From a bacterium (lineage in GTDB: Bacteria; UBA8248): 64,000 nucleotides of DNA. The position numbers and the translations under genes were made by a program. The notes beneath the pieces are model-generated. The model was not told the DNA's origin, searched no databases, and saw nothing but the letters and a program-made list of their open reading frames with translations. Below are positions 19,110 through 28,173 of this stretch, in pieces; positions within the stretch are counted from its first letter, which is position 1; every line of letters begins with the position of its first letter. The stretch spans positions 544,001 through 608,000 of the forward strand of contig CBDBBI010000010.1 of the NCBI GenBank assembly GCA_965202625.1, written 5' to 3'.

Positions 19110-20153
19110 TTGGCCCGAAGCCGCAAGAAGCCAAAGGGCTCCCTCTCGGCGCTTTCTGGCATTCAAAGCGCGTCAATGCACCCTATCTATCTCCTACAAG
19201 GGGATGACCCTTTTTTACGCGAAGAATATCTGCGCACCATTCGTCGTAAGGTTTTTGGCGATGCGCTCGATGACTTCAACCATGATCGTCTCGACTGGAA
19301 TGAGGCGGACGCGTCGCAAATTGTCACCATCGCTCAGACGCTGCCCTTCATCGCGCAGAGGCGCCTGGTCGAAATCCTGAATTTCACTAGTCCTGGCGCG
19401 CGGGATGAAACCGTCTTTCTCTCCTATTTCGACGCGCCGTCCGATTCCACCGTTCTGGTCTTTTGCGCCGAGAGCGTTGATATGCGGAGGAATTTCTTAC
19501 AGCGCCTGGCGGCGGTGAGCACGGTTTGTCACGTGGATACTCCCGGGAGGGATGAATTAACGAGATGGCTTCGTGGGCACGCTGCAGAGCTAGGATTCGA
19601 GTTGCGACCCGAGGCCGCCGACATGCTCGTCGAAATGGTCAAGCCCTCCATGGCGAGACTGAACTCAGAGATAGAGAAGCTCGCCTCCTACCTGGAGTCG
19701 GGAACGTCGGCGGGAACGGAGGAGATTCGTGAAGTTGTGGGTCATTCCAAGGAAGAACTACTCTATAAGCTGGGGGATTCGATCAGCCTGGGGAGATTGG
19801 GAGAAACCCTGATTCTCTTGCGCCGGATGATGGAGGTCGAACACCCTGTCGTTTTCATCGGGCTTCTACGCAATATGATTCGGCGATGGACGATTTCAAA
19901 AGCGTTGGCGAGAAGTGAGCGCGGCGCGCTTGAAATCTCTCAAACTCTGGGAGTGCCCCCTTTCGTGGCGCAAAAGCTCGAGGGGCAGGTCAGGAGTTTG
20001 CGTTCCACCTATCTGCGCGATTTGTACGCGAAGCTGCTCGCACTGGATCGTAAGATGAAAAGGACGGGCGACCTGAGAGTCGTCCGACAGACGTTGGAGC
20101 TGTTTTTGATCGATGCGCGCTTGTCTAAAGACGGAACGCGCACGAGGGTTTAG
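19110..20153 (+). CDS. holA: DNA polymerase III delta subunit
   Basis: PIYLLQGDDPFL, DDFN, AQTLPF..RRLV, DMR, L.SEIEKL, LGVPPFV, L..LDRKMK. TTG start right after lptE. Confidence 0.9.
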   Translation: MARSRKKPKGSLSALSGIQSASMHPIYLLQGDDPFLREEYLRTIRRKVFGDALDDFNHDRLDWNEADASQIVTIAQTLPFIAQRRLVEILNFTSPGARDETVFLSYFDAPSDSTVLVFCAESVDMRRNFLQRLAAVSTVCHVDTPGRDELTRWLRGHAAELGFELRPEAADMLVEMVKPSMARLNSEIEKLASYLESGTSAGTEEIREVVGHSKEELLYKLGDSISLGRLGETLILLRRMMEVEHPVVFIGLLRNMIRRWTISKALARSERGALEISQTLGVPPFVAQKLEGQVRSLRSTYLRDLYAKLLALDRKMKRTGDLRVVRQTLELFLIDARLSKDGTRTRV

Positions 20154-20164
20154 GGACTTTAATT

Positions 20165-20419
20165 TTATTTCACGGACGCCTCATGAACCCGTTTGGACAA
20201 TCTTCCCGCGCACCTAGACGCCGTCTTTTTGTGAATGATCCCTTTCGCCGCCGCGCGGTCCAACTCGGACTGGGCCTTTTTCAGCAACTCCTGGGAGTTT
20301 TCCCCGCTATTCAAAACTCTTTTGATGGTGTTGCGAAACTGAGAGCGGATGGTACGATTTCTGTTGCGGCGGACCATGTTCTGGCGATTTCGCTTTTTGG
20401 CGGAACGAATATGTGACAA
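20165..20419 (-). CDS. rpsT: 30S ribosomal protein S20
   Basis: SHIRSAKKRNRQN..RR.RNR..RS, LDRAAAKGIIHKKTASR..GRL. TTG start at 20419 preceded by GGAG. Confidence 0.97.
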   Translation of the reverse strand: MSHIRSAKKRNRQNMVRRNRNRTIRSQFRNTIKRVLNSGENSQELLKKAQSELDRAAAKGIIHKKTASRCAGRLSKRVHEASVK

Positions 20420-20477
20420 TTTATCGGATTCTCCCATGCGTGGAATGTTTCTCTTGAGGCTGCCTCGCAACGCGGGT

Positions 20478-20505
20478 AAGATACCACTGATCAAAGGGTT
20501 GTCAA
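20478..20505 (-). promoter_or_regulatory. sigma70-type promoter for rpsT
   Basis: Minus strand TTGACA-16 nt-TATCTT with a TG extended -10 element. Confidence 0.6.
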
Positions 20506-20532
20506 GCTCATCGCCCTAGTGTCAGGATTTTT

Positions 20533-22208
20533 GTGACCGCGCCATCCGAGCCACCGCATTCGGAGAAAAAAGAAGAGGGCGTATCCGGAGTTGCGCCTGG
20601 GGCAAATGGCAGTTCTTCCGCAGGGAGGACATTTCCAGGCTTGCCGGCCCGGTAAGTCTGGCGACCCTCATCAGCCGAGTTGCAGGTTTTTTCCGCGACC
20701 TGCTCATCGCTAGGTTTTTTGGCGCGGCAATGATGGCCGACGCCTTTTTCGTGGCGTTTGCGATTCCTAACCTTTGTAGGCGCATGTTCATGGAAGGGGC
20801 GCTGAGCTCCTCGTTTCTTCCCGTCTACTCTGACGTGCGTGAACGATGTGGCCCCAGAGAAGCCCGCAGGTTCGCCGGCGGCATAGTGGTGTTTCTCCTC
20901 CTCGCCGGAGGCGCCAGTTGTCTGCTTGCGATTCGGTTCGCGGAACCCTTGATGCGGGCGCTCGCGCCCGGCTTCTCGCGCAACCAGGAAAAACTGCTTC
21001 TTGCGGCGGAGCTCACCCGCATCATGTTCGCGTTCGTCGTTTTCATCGGGCTATGGGCAGTCGCGGCAGGAGTTCTGAACGCCGCGCGTCGTTTTTTCGC
21101 GCCCGCCCTCGCCCCCGCTCTGCAAAACGTGGTCATCATTCTCGCGCTCTTGCTAGCAAATTTTTGGACGAGCAGAGCGGAAACCGTCCGCTGGCTCGCT
21201 TGGGCCGTAGTCGCTGGAGGGGCAGCGCAGTTTCTCTTTCAGGTCCCTTTCATGAGAAAATTAGGCATATTGCCCATCCTCTCCATGCCCTGGCGCGTGG
21301 AGGGCATGGGCAGGTGCCTGGCACTGATGGGACCGGCGGCCCTTGGGGGCGCTATTTTTCAGATCAACGTTCTCGTTGATCGCTGGCTAGCCTCGTTTCT
21401 AACGGAAGGTGCGATCTCCTATCTCTATTATGCGAATCGACTGGTTCAGCTTCCTCATGGTATCCTGAGCCTTGCGGTTGTCTCTGCCGTCTTGCCCGTT
21501 TTGTCTGATTACGCCGCAAAAAACAGAGGCGATTCCGCGTCGGAAAATTCCGAGCGCAACACCATGCTCGAGGCCGGCCGTCTCACGCTGTTCATCACGA
21601 TTCCCTCGACGTTCGGCCTAGTGGCACTCGCCCACCCGATTGTAGAAGTCATTTTTGAACGAGGCGCCTTCACGCAAAGTGATGCGGCTGCGAGCGCAGC
21701 CGCTCTGCGGGCGTATGCGGTCGGGTTGATTTTTTTTGGCGCGACAAGGCTTCTGGCGGGGGTGTTTCACGCGCGCTTGAACACGAGTTTCCCGATGCGG
21801 TGCGCCAACGTCGTCGTCCTCTCGAACGTCGCTCTCAGCGTCGCTTTGATGGTCCCGTTCGGCTTCGTGGGACTCGCGCTCGCCACGTCTTGCGCAAGCG
21901 CCTTGAATGCGGGATTGTTGTTGAGAGGCGTCCTGCGGGAGTGGAGAGATTTTCCGAAAAAGGAGTTGGCCCATTCCCTGGGCAGACTTCTCGCGCTTGG
22001 AATCCTGACGGGGTTGCTCGCATCTTTCGTTCATCTGCAATTCGTTCGTCTGGGGCTGTGGGATTCGGGGGGAGCGTCCAAATTGTTCCTCGTGGCGTTT
22101 GAGGTCTCCTTGGCCGCAGGATTCTACCTTTCCATGGGAAAAAAATTTGATGCGCCCTCTTATGAATCTTGGAGCCGCTTCGCCCGCCTCAGGCGGGGAA
22201 GAGCCTGA
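20533..22208 (+). CDS. murJ: Lipid II flippase MurJ (MviN); 5' end appears frameshifted near 20623
   Basis: ATLISRVAGFFRDLLIARFFGA (upstream of the ORF-track ATG 20730), ADAFFVAFAIPNLCRRMFMEGALSSSF, ISYLYYANRLVQLP, F.RGAF, GLALATS. Confidence 0.92.
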
Positions 22209-22227
22209 GCGATGAGGGGGGGGGATA

Positions 22228-23181
22228 ATGGGGAAGAAACGAACGGCGGCCAAGAGTCGTGAGAGGAATAAAGGGGTCAGGCTTGCCGCCCCTTTGGCCG
22301 ACATCTTGCGGACGTTTCAAGGTTTCCTGCTCATTGAACGTCGTCTCTCGGCGAATACCGTCGAGAGTTATGGCCGTGACGTTGAAGCGTTTCTCCGGTG
22401 GGCGCAAATAAACGACGGCGTATCGCCCGCAAACTGGTCCAAGGCGACCGTCGTTTCCTATCTGAAAACGGAACGTAAGAATGGGAAGTCAAACGCCACG
22501 CTGCGCCGGCATTTGGCGTCGGTTCGCGGGTTTGCGAAGCTGTTGGTCCGCGACGGACATGTTCAGGAGGATTTTACGGCGGACATCGTCCAGCCTTCAA
22601 GGTGGGAGCGTCTGCCCAAGACCCTCTCTCAAGAAAACATGTCCAGGATTTTACTCGCGCCCGACGACAAGACCCCGGAGGCCGTTCGGGACAGGGCCAT
22701 GTTTGAGCTTCTATATGCGACCGGCATGCGCGTGAGCGAGATTGTTGATCTCGAGCTCAATCAGATTCAGCTCGAAGCGGGCTTTTGCATCGTTCATGGA
22801 AAAGGCGAGAAGTCGCGCCTCGTTCCGATAGGAGACGCCGCGAAACACTGTCTTGAGGATTATCTGGATACGGCGCGTCTGTATCTGTTGCGTACCCGAA
22901 AGTCGACACACGCCTTCCTCACCCGTCGGGGAGGTCCCATGACCCGCCAGGCCTTTTGGGCGCGGGTGAAGCGATGGGCCCAAAAAGCGGGGGTGGGTAA
23001 AGGAGTTAGCCCGCACATGTTTCGCCACAGCTTTGCGACGCATCTGCTCAATCATGGTGCTGACCTGCGGGCTGTCCAGGCGATGCTTGGGCATTCCGAC
23101 ATTTCTACCACTGAGGTGTATACGCATGTGGACAGGCGAAAGCTGCGGCGGCTTCTGGACAAAGGACATCCAAGGGGATAG
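22228..23181 (+). CDS. xerD: Site-specific tyrosine recombinase XerD
   Basis: ERRLSANTVESY.RD, LPKTLS, RDRAMFELLYATGMRVSE, GKGEKSRLVP, MTRQAFW, SPHMFRHSFATHLLNHGADLRAVQAMLGH, TTEVYTHV. Confidence 0.95.
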   Translation: MGKKRTAAKSRERNKGVRLAAPLADILRTFQGFLLIERRLSANTVESYGRDVEAFLRWAQINDGVSPANWSKATVVSYLKTERKNGKSNATLRRHLASVRGFAKLLVRDGHVQEDFTADIVQPSRWERLPKTLSQENMSRILLAPDDKTPEAVRDRAMFELLYATGMRVSEIVDLELNQIQLEAGFCIVHGKGEKSRLVPIGDAAKHCLEDYLDTARLYLLRTRKSTHAFLTRRGGPMTRQAFWARVKRWAQKAGVGKGVSPHMFRHSFATHLLNHGADLRAVQAMLGHSDISTTEVYTHVDRRKLRRLLDKGHPRG

Positions 23182-23216
23182 AGAATAAAATGGGAAATGG
23201 AAATTTATTTCTCGTA

Positions 23217-23245
23217 TTGACGCTCCAAATTCCTAAGCTTACGAT
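23217..23245 (+). promoter_or_regulatory. sigma70-type promoter for phoH operon
   Basis: TTGACG-17 nt-TACGAT with AT-rich upstream sequence. Confidence 0.65.
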
Positions 23246-23313
23246 CTGGCGAGCGAGCAGGGCATGCCCTAGCGAAGTCCATCACGCGAAAGATATGGGG
23301 AGCGTGGAATCTT

Positions 23314-24270
23314 TTGGCGACGAAGATGTCTGCAAGCCCACTGGCCCGGCCGGATAGGTTGATTCACATTATCGGAAACCGGGATGAATCTCTCAAGGCC
23401 GTTGAGCGGGCATTTGGCGTAAAAATTCGGATTGTCTCAGAAGGGTTTGTGATCGAGGGCGCGCCCGGTGATGCCGAGAAAGCGCGGTTGTTCCTCGATG
23501 AATTGGCGAGTTGCATCGATGAGGGTTTGCGTTTTGATTCGTTGGGCGTTGGTACCCTAGCGGGAATTGCGGCACAGGAAGAGGGCGTCACGCTGCGCTC
23601 TTTGGTGACAAATCGAATATCGGTTTCTCCGAGAAAACGTTACGTGATCCCCAAGGGCCCCGCCCAGAGCCAATACATACGAGCGATTCGCGAGAAAGGG
23701 GTGACGTTCGGCATAGGGCCGGCCGGAACAGGGAAGACCTATCTGGCCATGGCCATGGCGGTTTCCGGCTTACTGGAGAAGGCGTACGCGCGCATCGTGT
23801 TGACACGGCCCGTGGTGGAGGCGGGCGAGAAACTCGGATTCCTGCCTGGAGATTTGCAGGAGAAGGTCAACCCATATCTCAGGCCGCTGTTTGACGCCCT
23901 GAACGATATGGTGGAATTTGAGAGGGTGGAGCGTTTCATTCAAAGGGACGAGATTGAGATAGCGCCCCTCGCCTATATGAGGGGGCGCTCGCTAAATGAC
24001 TCCTTCATTGTATTGGACGAAGCCCAGAACACGACGCCCAAACAGATGAAAATGTTTCTCACCCGCATCGGCGTCGGCAGCAAGGCGGTTGTTACCGGAG
24101 ACATTACGCAAATTGACCTGCCTGGGACTTCTGGGTGCGGGCTGATTCATGCACAGGATGTCTTGGGTGAGGTGGAGGAAGTCCGTTTCGTTTATTTCAG
24201 AGAACGAGACGTGGTCCGCACACAATTGGTGAGAAAAATTGTTTCCGCATACGAGGCCCATAGTTCGTGA
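23314..24270 (+). CDS. phoH: PhoH-family ATPase (YbeZ-like)
   Basis: GPAGTGKTYLA, LTRPVVEAGEKLGFLPG, PYLRPL, EIAPLAYMRGR, LDEAQN, MFLTR, TGD..QIDL. Confidence 0.95.
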   Translation: MATKMSASPLARPDRLIHIIGNRDESLKAVERAFGVKIRIVSEGFVIEGAPGDAEKARLFLDELASCIDEGLRFDSLGVGTLAGIAAQEEGVTLRSLVTNRISVSPRKRYVIPKGPAQSQYIRAIREKGVTFGIGPAGTGKTYLAMAMAVSGLLEKAYARIVLTRPVVEAGEKLGFLPGDLQEKVNPYLRPLFDALNDMVEFERVERFIQRDEIEIAPLAYMRGRSLNDSFIVLDEAQNTTPKQMKMFLTRIGVGSKAVVTGDITQIDLPGTSGCGLIHAQDVLGEVEEVRFVYFRERDVVRTQLVRKIVSAYEAHSS

Positions 24271-24377
24271 GTGAATTTTCCGAAAGAAGAAGCTCGCGCC
24301 ACCGGGGCGTTCCTGTTCCCATATGGTCGATTCGTCCACAATCTCTTCGCAGGTGAAGGATTCTAGAGGTTGATCAC

Positions 24378-26864
24378 GTGATTCATCGAACCATAGGTTG
24401 GAAAGCGACGGGGAAATTCAAAAACACCTTCCTGCGTCCCCTTATACTGATGGAACGCTGGATGCGAGGGGCTGTTCCCGCGTTTGCTGACGCGAGAATG
24501 TATCCATGGATTTTGGGCCTGACCCTCTCCATCGCCATTTCATTTCTACTCACGACGGACGTCTCCTCCCCGCGCGTGTCCTTTGAGGTGGGCGACGTCG
24601 TTCCCAGGGACATCAAGGCCCCCCATGATATGCGCGTGATCGACCCCATCGCCACGAACGCGAAGCGACAGGCGGCTAGGGAAAAAGTCTTGCCGCGCTA
24701 CGACATCGACACTCAGCTTTCGCAAATCGTCCTCAACAGATTGACCGGCGCGTTCGAGGCCATTCAAAGGACGATAGACGAAGAGTTGGAGAAGGTGAAA
24801 AGCGATCAGCTGCGCAAGCAGGTCAAGCAGGGAACAAATGCGCTTTTCCGTGAGTCGGAAGCTTACCGGGAAGTGTATGCTACCCCTTCCTACTTAAAGG
24901 CGGAGAGCGCGTTTCATAAGTTGGTGGGCGGCGCGGTTCCTAGTGAACTCTCCGCCTGGTGGAGAGAGGAGAGATTTGCGAATTGGATTCGGGAAGATAT
25001 CGCCCATTTATTGAAGGCAGCGTTTTCGCGTCAAATCGTGGCGGACAAGCAATTATACGCCGCCCATGCGGCGAGAGGCATCACGGCGCGGGACATCAGA
25101 ACGGGAAATCCCGTCTCCATCAACCCGTCCATGAATCCCTTAGAACTGCGGCAGGTGGGCACGCTCCTCAGGCGGGAAGTCTCCAGGACGCGCCCCAGTA
25201 TCTCCTGGCGCATTGGCGATTTGCTCATCGCGCAAATCGCGAAAATGACTCAACCAACGTTGACCTTCAACAACAGGGCAACGCTGGAGAGCAGGGAGTC
25301 CGCCGCCGCCGCTGTTCAGCCAATCTCGGAGATTATCAAGCAGGGGGAGATGATTGTTCGGGAGGGCGAGCGAGTGAGCGAGGGGCAAATCACCAAACTT
25401 AAGGGTTTAGAGAGAATCTATCGCCACGGCCATGCGCTTGACAACTTCGTAGGAACGGCGCTGGTGGCGTTCATCCTGCTCATCCTGGCGTGGATCTGCG
25501 TCCAGAAATATGACGTGGATTTTGGCGCTTCTCCCAAAAACGTGACCCTTTTCGTGATGTTGGTCCTGATTCAGGCCGTCTTGCTGAAAACGGGCATTCT
25601 CTTCTCTAGGGCGCTCCATGGAATCTGGGGGGGAATTCCGTTGCAATCGTTTTACTATGTCGTTCCTTTTTGCTCGGCCTCTCTTCTCGCGGCCGTTTTG
25701 CAAGGGCGATCTTCTGCGGTGTTAATGGCGGTTTTTTCCGCAGTTCTCACGGGATTGATTTTGCCGGCGCACATCAATTTCAGTTTCATCGCCCTCGCGG
25801 GCGGCGTGGCCGCGGCCGTTCGCTGGAAGGAATATCGGCGCAGGACATCCGTGCTCACCGCGGCGCTCATTCTTGGCCTGCTCGGCGCCGCGCTCGCTCT
25901 GGGCTTCAACATGCAGGAGGGTTTCCGCGCGGTTGTTGCGCGATGGACGGACATTCCCATCGCCTTGTTCGGCGGCCTCTCGAACGTCATCATTGTGGCG
26001 GGGGCCATGCCCCTTCTCGAGTCGATTTTCAAGCTCACGACCGACATGCGCCTTTTGGAGTTGGCCGATCAAAATCACCCTTTGCTTAGAAAAATGGTCG
26101 TGAATGCGCCAGGGACCTATCACCACAGCCTTCTCGTGGGGAATCTGGCTGAGGAAGCGTCCGAGGCGATTGGGGCGAACCCGCTTCTCACTCGCGTGGG
26201 CGCGTATTTCCACGATATCGGCAAGATGATGAAGCCGGAGTATTTCATCGAAAATCAGGGGGTGGAAAATCGGCACGACAAGCTCAAGCCCAACATGAGC
26301 GCACTCATCTTGATCAGCCACGTGAAAGAAGGCATCGAGCTCGCCAGACGTCATAAACTTCCCAAAGAGATTATCGATTTAATCCGGCAACATCATGGAA
26401 CGTCCCTGATGCGATATTTCTATGAAAAGGCAAAGTGCCAAAATGGGGATGACGTGAGAGAGGAGATTTTTCGCTATCCTGGACCGAGGCCGCAGACGAG
26501 AGAGGCGGGCATCCTGATGCTGGCCGATATGGTGGAGGCGGCCTCGCACTCACTCTCCGACCATTCCCTTGGACGCCTGAGTGGCTTGGTCGATAGAATT
26601 GTCCAAAGTGCTTTCTCAGAAGGGCAACTGGATAATTGTAGCCTCACACTCAGAGATTTAAGTCGGATCCAGAACGCTTTCATGCGCGTTTTGGTTGGCA
26701 TTCATCACCACCGGATCCGTTATCCGGAACAAAAGAGCGCTCCCAGGAAAGGGTCTTTGAATGGAAGTCCTCATCAAAAACGCACAAAGGCTGTTGACGC
26801 TGAACCGCGAGGCGTTGCGGCGACGTTTGGGGATTATCGGACAGGCTCTCCGCTCCAAGGATGA
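24378..26864 (+). CDS. 7TM-HD membrane phosphohydrolase (PgpH-like)
   Basis: Extracytoplasmic 7TMR-HDED region (I.KGEMIVREGE), about 7 TM helices, HD domain APGTYHHS, YFHDIGK, YFIENQ, HVKEG, QHHGT, FRYPGPRP, MLADMVEA. Confidence 0.92.
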   Translation: MIHRTIGWKATGKFKNTFLRPLILMERWMRGAVPAFADARMYPWILGLTLSIAISFLLTTDVSSPRVSFEVGDVVPRDIKAPHDMRVIDPIATNAKRQAAREKVLPRYDIDTQLSQIVLNRLTGAFEAIQRTIDEELEKVKSDQLRKQVKQGTNALFRESEAYREVYATPSYLKAESAFHKLVGGAVPSELSAWWREERFANWIREDIAHLLKAAFSRQIVADKQLYAAHAARGITARDIRTGNPVSINPSMNPLELRQVGTLLRREVSRTRPSISWRIGDLLIAQIAKMTQPTLTFNNRATLESRESAAAAVQPISEIIKQGEMIVREGERVSEGQITKLKGLERIYRHGHALDNFVGTALVAFILLILAWICVQKYDVDFGASPKNVTLFVMLVLIQAVLLKTGILFSRALHGIWGGIPLQSFYYVVPFCSASLLAAVLQGRSSAVLMAVFSAVLTGLILPAHINFSFIALAGGVAAAVRWKEYRRRTSVLTAALILGLLGAALALGFNMQEGFRAVVARWTDIPIALFGGLSNVIIVAGAMPLLESIFKLTTDMRLLELADQNHPLLRKMVVNAPGTYHHSLLVGNLAEEASEAIGANPLLTRVGAYFHDIGKMMKPEYFIENQGVENRHDKLKPNMSALILISHVKEGIELARRHKLPKEIIDLIRQHHGTSLMRYFYEKAKCQNGDDVREEIFRYPGPRPQTREAGILMLADMVEAASHSLSDHSLGRLSGLVDRIVQSAFSEGQLDNCSLTLRDLSRIQNAFMRVLVGIHHHRIRYPEQKSAPRKGSLNGSPHQKRTKAVDAEPRGVAATFGDYRTGSPLQG

Positions 26865-27243
26865 TTGGTGCAGCGTCGTTCTTATTCGGGGGAAGGGAAT
26901 GCGCACACTGAATGCGCAATATCGAGGGGAGGACGAAACGACGGATGTGCTCGCTTTCCCGCCACCACCGGACTCTCCCACCTTGGCGGGAGTGCAAGAG
27001 GAGAAAAAAGCGTTTCTGGGCGAGGTGGTCATCTGCGCCGATGAGGTCCTTCGCCAGGCAAATGCGGAGGCGGTTGCTTGTGAGGTGCTGGCCGATCGTC
27101 TGCTCGTCCATGGCCTTTTGCACCTTAAGGGATATGATCATGGCACGAAAGCGGAATCCGACCGAATGAAAAAAGAAGAGGAAAGGATGGCCCGACTATT
27201 TGATGAGGCCTGGCTATCGCGTAGGAAACCGGAGAATCGTTAA
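26761..27243 (+). CDS. ybeY: rRNA maturation endoribonuclease YbeY
   Basis: LNAQYRG.D..TDVLAF, LGEVVI, VHGLLHLKGYDH. Overlaps the upstream gene by 104 nt. Confidence 0.95.
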   Translation: MEVLIKNAQRLLTLNREALRRRLGIIGQALRSKDDWCSVVLIRGKGMRTLNAQYRGEDETTDVLAFPPPPDSPTLAGVQEEKKAFLGEVVICADEVLRQANAEAVACEVLADRLLVHGLLHLKGYDHGTKAESDRMKKEEERMARLFDEAWLSRRKPENR

Positions 27244-27741
27244 ATGGAGCGGTTGTGGGCACCTTGGCGCAGAGCGTATGTAGTGGAAGATTCTGAAGCG
27301 GGAGGAGAAGCGGAACCCAGCTGTGTTTTTTGTGACTTGCTTGACGCGCAGCATAGGGAGGATAATTTGATCCTCCAAAGGGGCGAGCACTCATACGTCG
27401 TACTCAATAAATACCCCTATACGAACGGGCATCTCATTGTAGTACCGATTCGCCACCTTGAGGACTATGAGGTTCTGGATGAGGGCGAGCGTCGGGAGAT
27501 TTTCTCCCTCTCACAGAAATGCGTGGGAGTCTTGAGAAGGCGCTTGAAGGCGGACGGCTTCAACGTGGGGTTTAACCTCGGAGAGAGCGCTGGCGCCGGA
27601 ATTGTCGGCCATTTGCACATGCATGTCGTTCCGCGCTGGGAAGGAGATCACAACCTCATGCCCGTTCTGGCGGGCGTGCGAGTGATTCCCGAGAGATTAG
27701 AGACGACCTACGCACAACTCCGCCCTGATTTTGAAACGTAA
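27244..27741 (+). CDS. HIT-family nucleotide hydrolase/phosphorylase
   Basis: MERLWAPWR, CVFC, LNKYPYTNGHL, GFNVGFNLG..AGAGI, HLHMHVVPRW. Confidence 0.93.
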   Translation: MERLWAPWRRAYVVEDSEAGGEAEPSCVFCDLLDAQHREDNLILQRGEHSYVVLNKYPYTNGHLIVVPIRHLEDYEVLDEGERREIFSLSQKCVGVLRRRLKADGFNVGFNLGESAGAGIVGHLHMHVVPRWEGDHNLMPVLAGVRVIPERLETTYAQLRPDFET

Positions 27742-27763
27742 GCACATCGGATATGGGGACAAT

Positions 27764-28171
27764 ATGGGTAGTCTTCGACTCATCGTCGGAGTTGCACTGG
27801 CCTTGGCGATCTCCAGCTTCGGCGTCATCAACATGAAGCCGGTGACCGTCGCTTACTATCAGGGCAGCGTCAGCGCTCCTCTTTTTTATGTTCTCCTAGC
27901 GGTGTTCGCGTGCGGATTCATGGCGGCGTGGTTTGGCGGGGCATTCGACAGGTTGAGGTTCAGGAGCCAAATCGGAAAATTAAAGCGCGAAGTGAAGACA
28001 CTGGAGAACACCCTGGACGAAGCACGCGAGCAAAGCGGCAGGCTGCTCTCGGTGGGAAATAATCCAGAGGTGGATGACCCTGCGTCCGCGCTGGAGGAAG
28101 ACGCGCGGCAACAGCAAACCGCTTCCGCCCCTCGAACGAACTTATCCCCACGTGAATCTAGGACGGAGTAG
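27764..28171 (+). CDS. LapA-family (LPS assembly protein A) small membrane protein
   Basis: TM1-F...N..PVTV.Y-linker-PL-TM2 (LLAVFACG), then coiled coil (IGKLKREVKTLENTL). Confidence 0.75.
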   Translation: MGSLRLIVGVALALAISSFGVINMKPVTVAYYQGSVSAPLFYVLLAVFACGFMAAWFGGAFDRLRFRSQIGKLKREVKTLENTLDEAREQSGRLLSVGNNPEVDDPASALEEDARQQQTASAPRTNLSPRESRTE

Positions 28172-28173
28172 AA

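Noticed and set aside
22228-23181. Tyrosine recombinase as a phage or island integrase
   Set aside because: It has XerD-specific motifs (MTRQAFW, LLNHGADLR), housekeeping neighbours, and no att repeat or cargo.
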